From the NCBI GenBank assembly GCA_002255585.1, contig NCBJ01000006.1:94-64093 (forward strand): a DNA stretch of 64,000 nt, given 5' to 3'. The DNA comes from Parcubacteria group bacterium 21-54-25 (GTDB lineage: Bacteria; Patescibacteriota; Minisyncoccia; Phycocordibacterales; Phycocordibacteraceae). Shown here in pieces: positions 63,727 through 64,000 of the stretch; the stretch's first letter is position 1; every line of letters starts with the position of its first letter. The notes beneath the pieces are model-generated. The model ran no database searches, was not told the origin of the DNA, and worked only from the letters and a program-made list of their open reading frames with translations. The translations under genes were made by a program, and so were the position numbers.

Positions 63727-64000
63727 TCAGCTACGCAATAGTGATGCCTCCTGGGCCGCCTAAATGGACACCAATATCCGGTGCCATGTCTTGAAAGGGC
63801 ACACCGATGAACGCGGCGACCGTGCTCGCAGTCAATCGTATCTGCTACTATAAATACGTGCCTCCACGCCCCATCATTAATCATCTTGTCTCATGAAATG
63901 GCGAATTGCCTATGCGGTGCTCTGGATACTTGCTCTCGGCGCATATTTCATGCCTTGGAGTATCTGGAGCACCTGGGGCGCTACACCAGGTCATTTTGTG

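Noticed and set aside
1-64000. CRISPR arrays, rRNA genes, inteins/introns in polA, dnaN, ruvB and pcrA
   Set aside because: No regularly spaced direct repeats and no rRNA-like sequence were seen. The long housekeeping ORFs are colinear with canonical motifs and show no insertions.
63894-64000. Partial ORF at the window edge (MKWRIAYAVLWILALGAYFMPWSIW...)
   Set aside because: It is truncated by the window end (about 35 codons visible). It is plausibly a membrane protein but cannot be supported.

Overview
This 64-kb window is ~57% GC, gene-dense bacterial chromosome. It carries the replication-origin region (rpmH-rnpA-yidC divergent from dnaA-[DnaA-box cluster]-dnaN) and many housekeeping genes: nusA, ppa, clpP, rny, hup, rarA, cca, xth, xerC/D, rpsO, comM/yifB, murA, pcrA, rsmA, PBP1A, ruvC-yebC-ruvB, ruvA, pilB, tsaE, polA, murE and rpsT. 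There are six tRNA genes; five are on the minus strand and lack an encoded 3' CCA. The gene content and compact overlapping-operon style fit a small-genome, Gram-positive-like lineage such as CPR/Patescibacteria, but I cannot confirm this from sequence alone. The most notable region is a tightly coupled 12-gene plus-strand operon (30999..43613). It encodes a PrgI-like protein, a VirB4-family ATPase that is split by an in-frame TAA, a VirB6/TrbL-like polytopic protein with a long coiled-coil tail, a VirB2-like pilin with a Cys-rich extension and several secreted or membrane proteins. It has no relaxase, VirD4 or VirB11, so it looks like a non-conjugative T4SS-like surface or secretion apparatus. 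Other notable features: a decayed integrative island next to tRNA-Gly(TCC) (a truncated large serine recombinase, a GFA-family cargo gene and ~40-bp direct repeats); a free-standing LAGLIDADG homing endonuclease starting 2 nt after tRNA-Lys; a frameshifted NUDIX gene; a dockerin-bearing surface protein; a triplicated TTTCACGTGGAAC motif; a candidate structured ncRNA between pilB and ruvB; and a PAS histidine kinase / tandem-REC / STAS / DUF1059 signalling module. No CRISPR array or rRNA gene is present.
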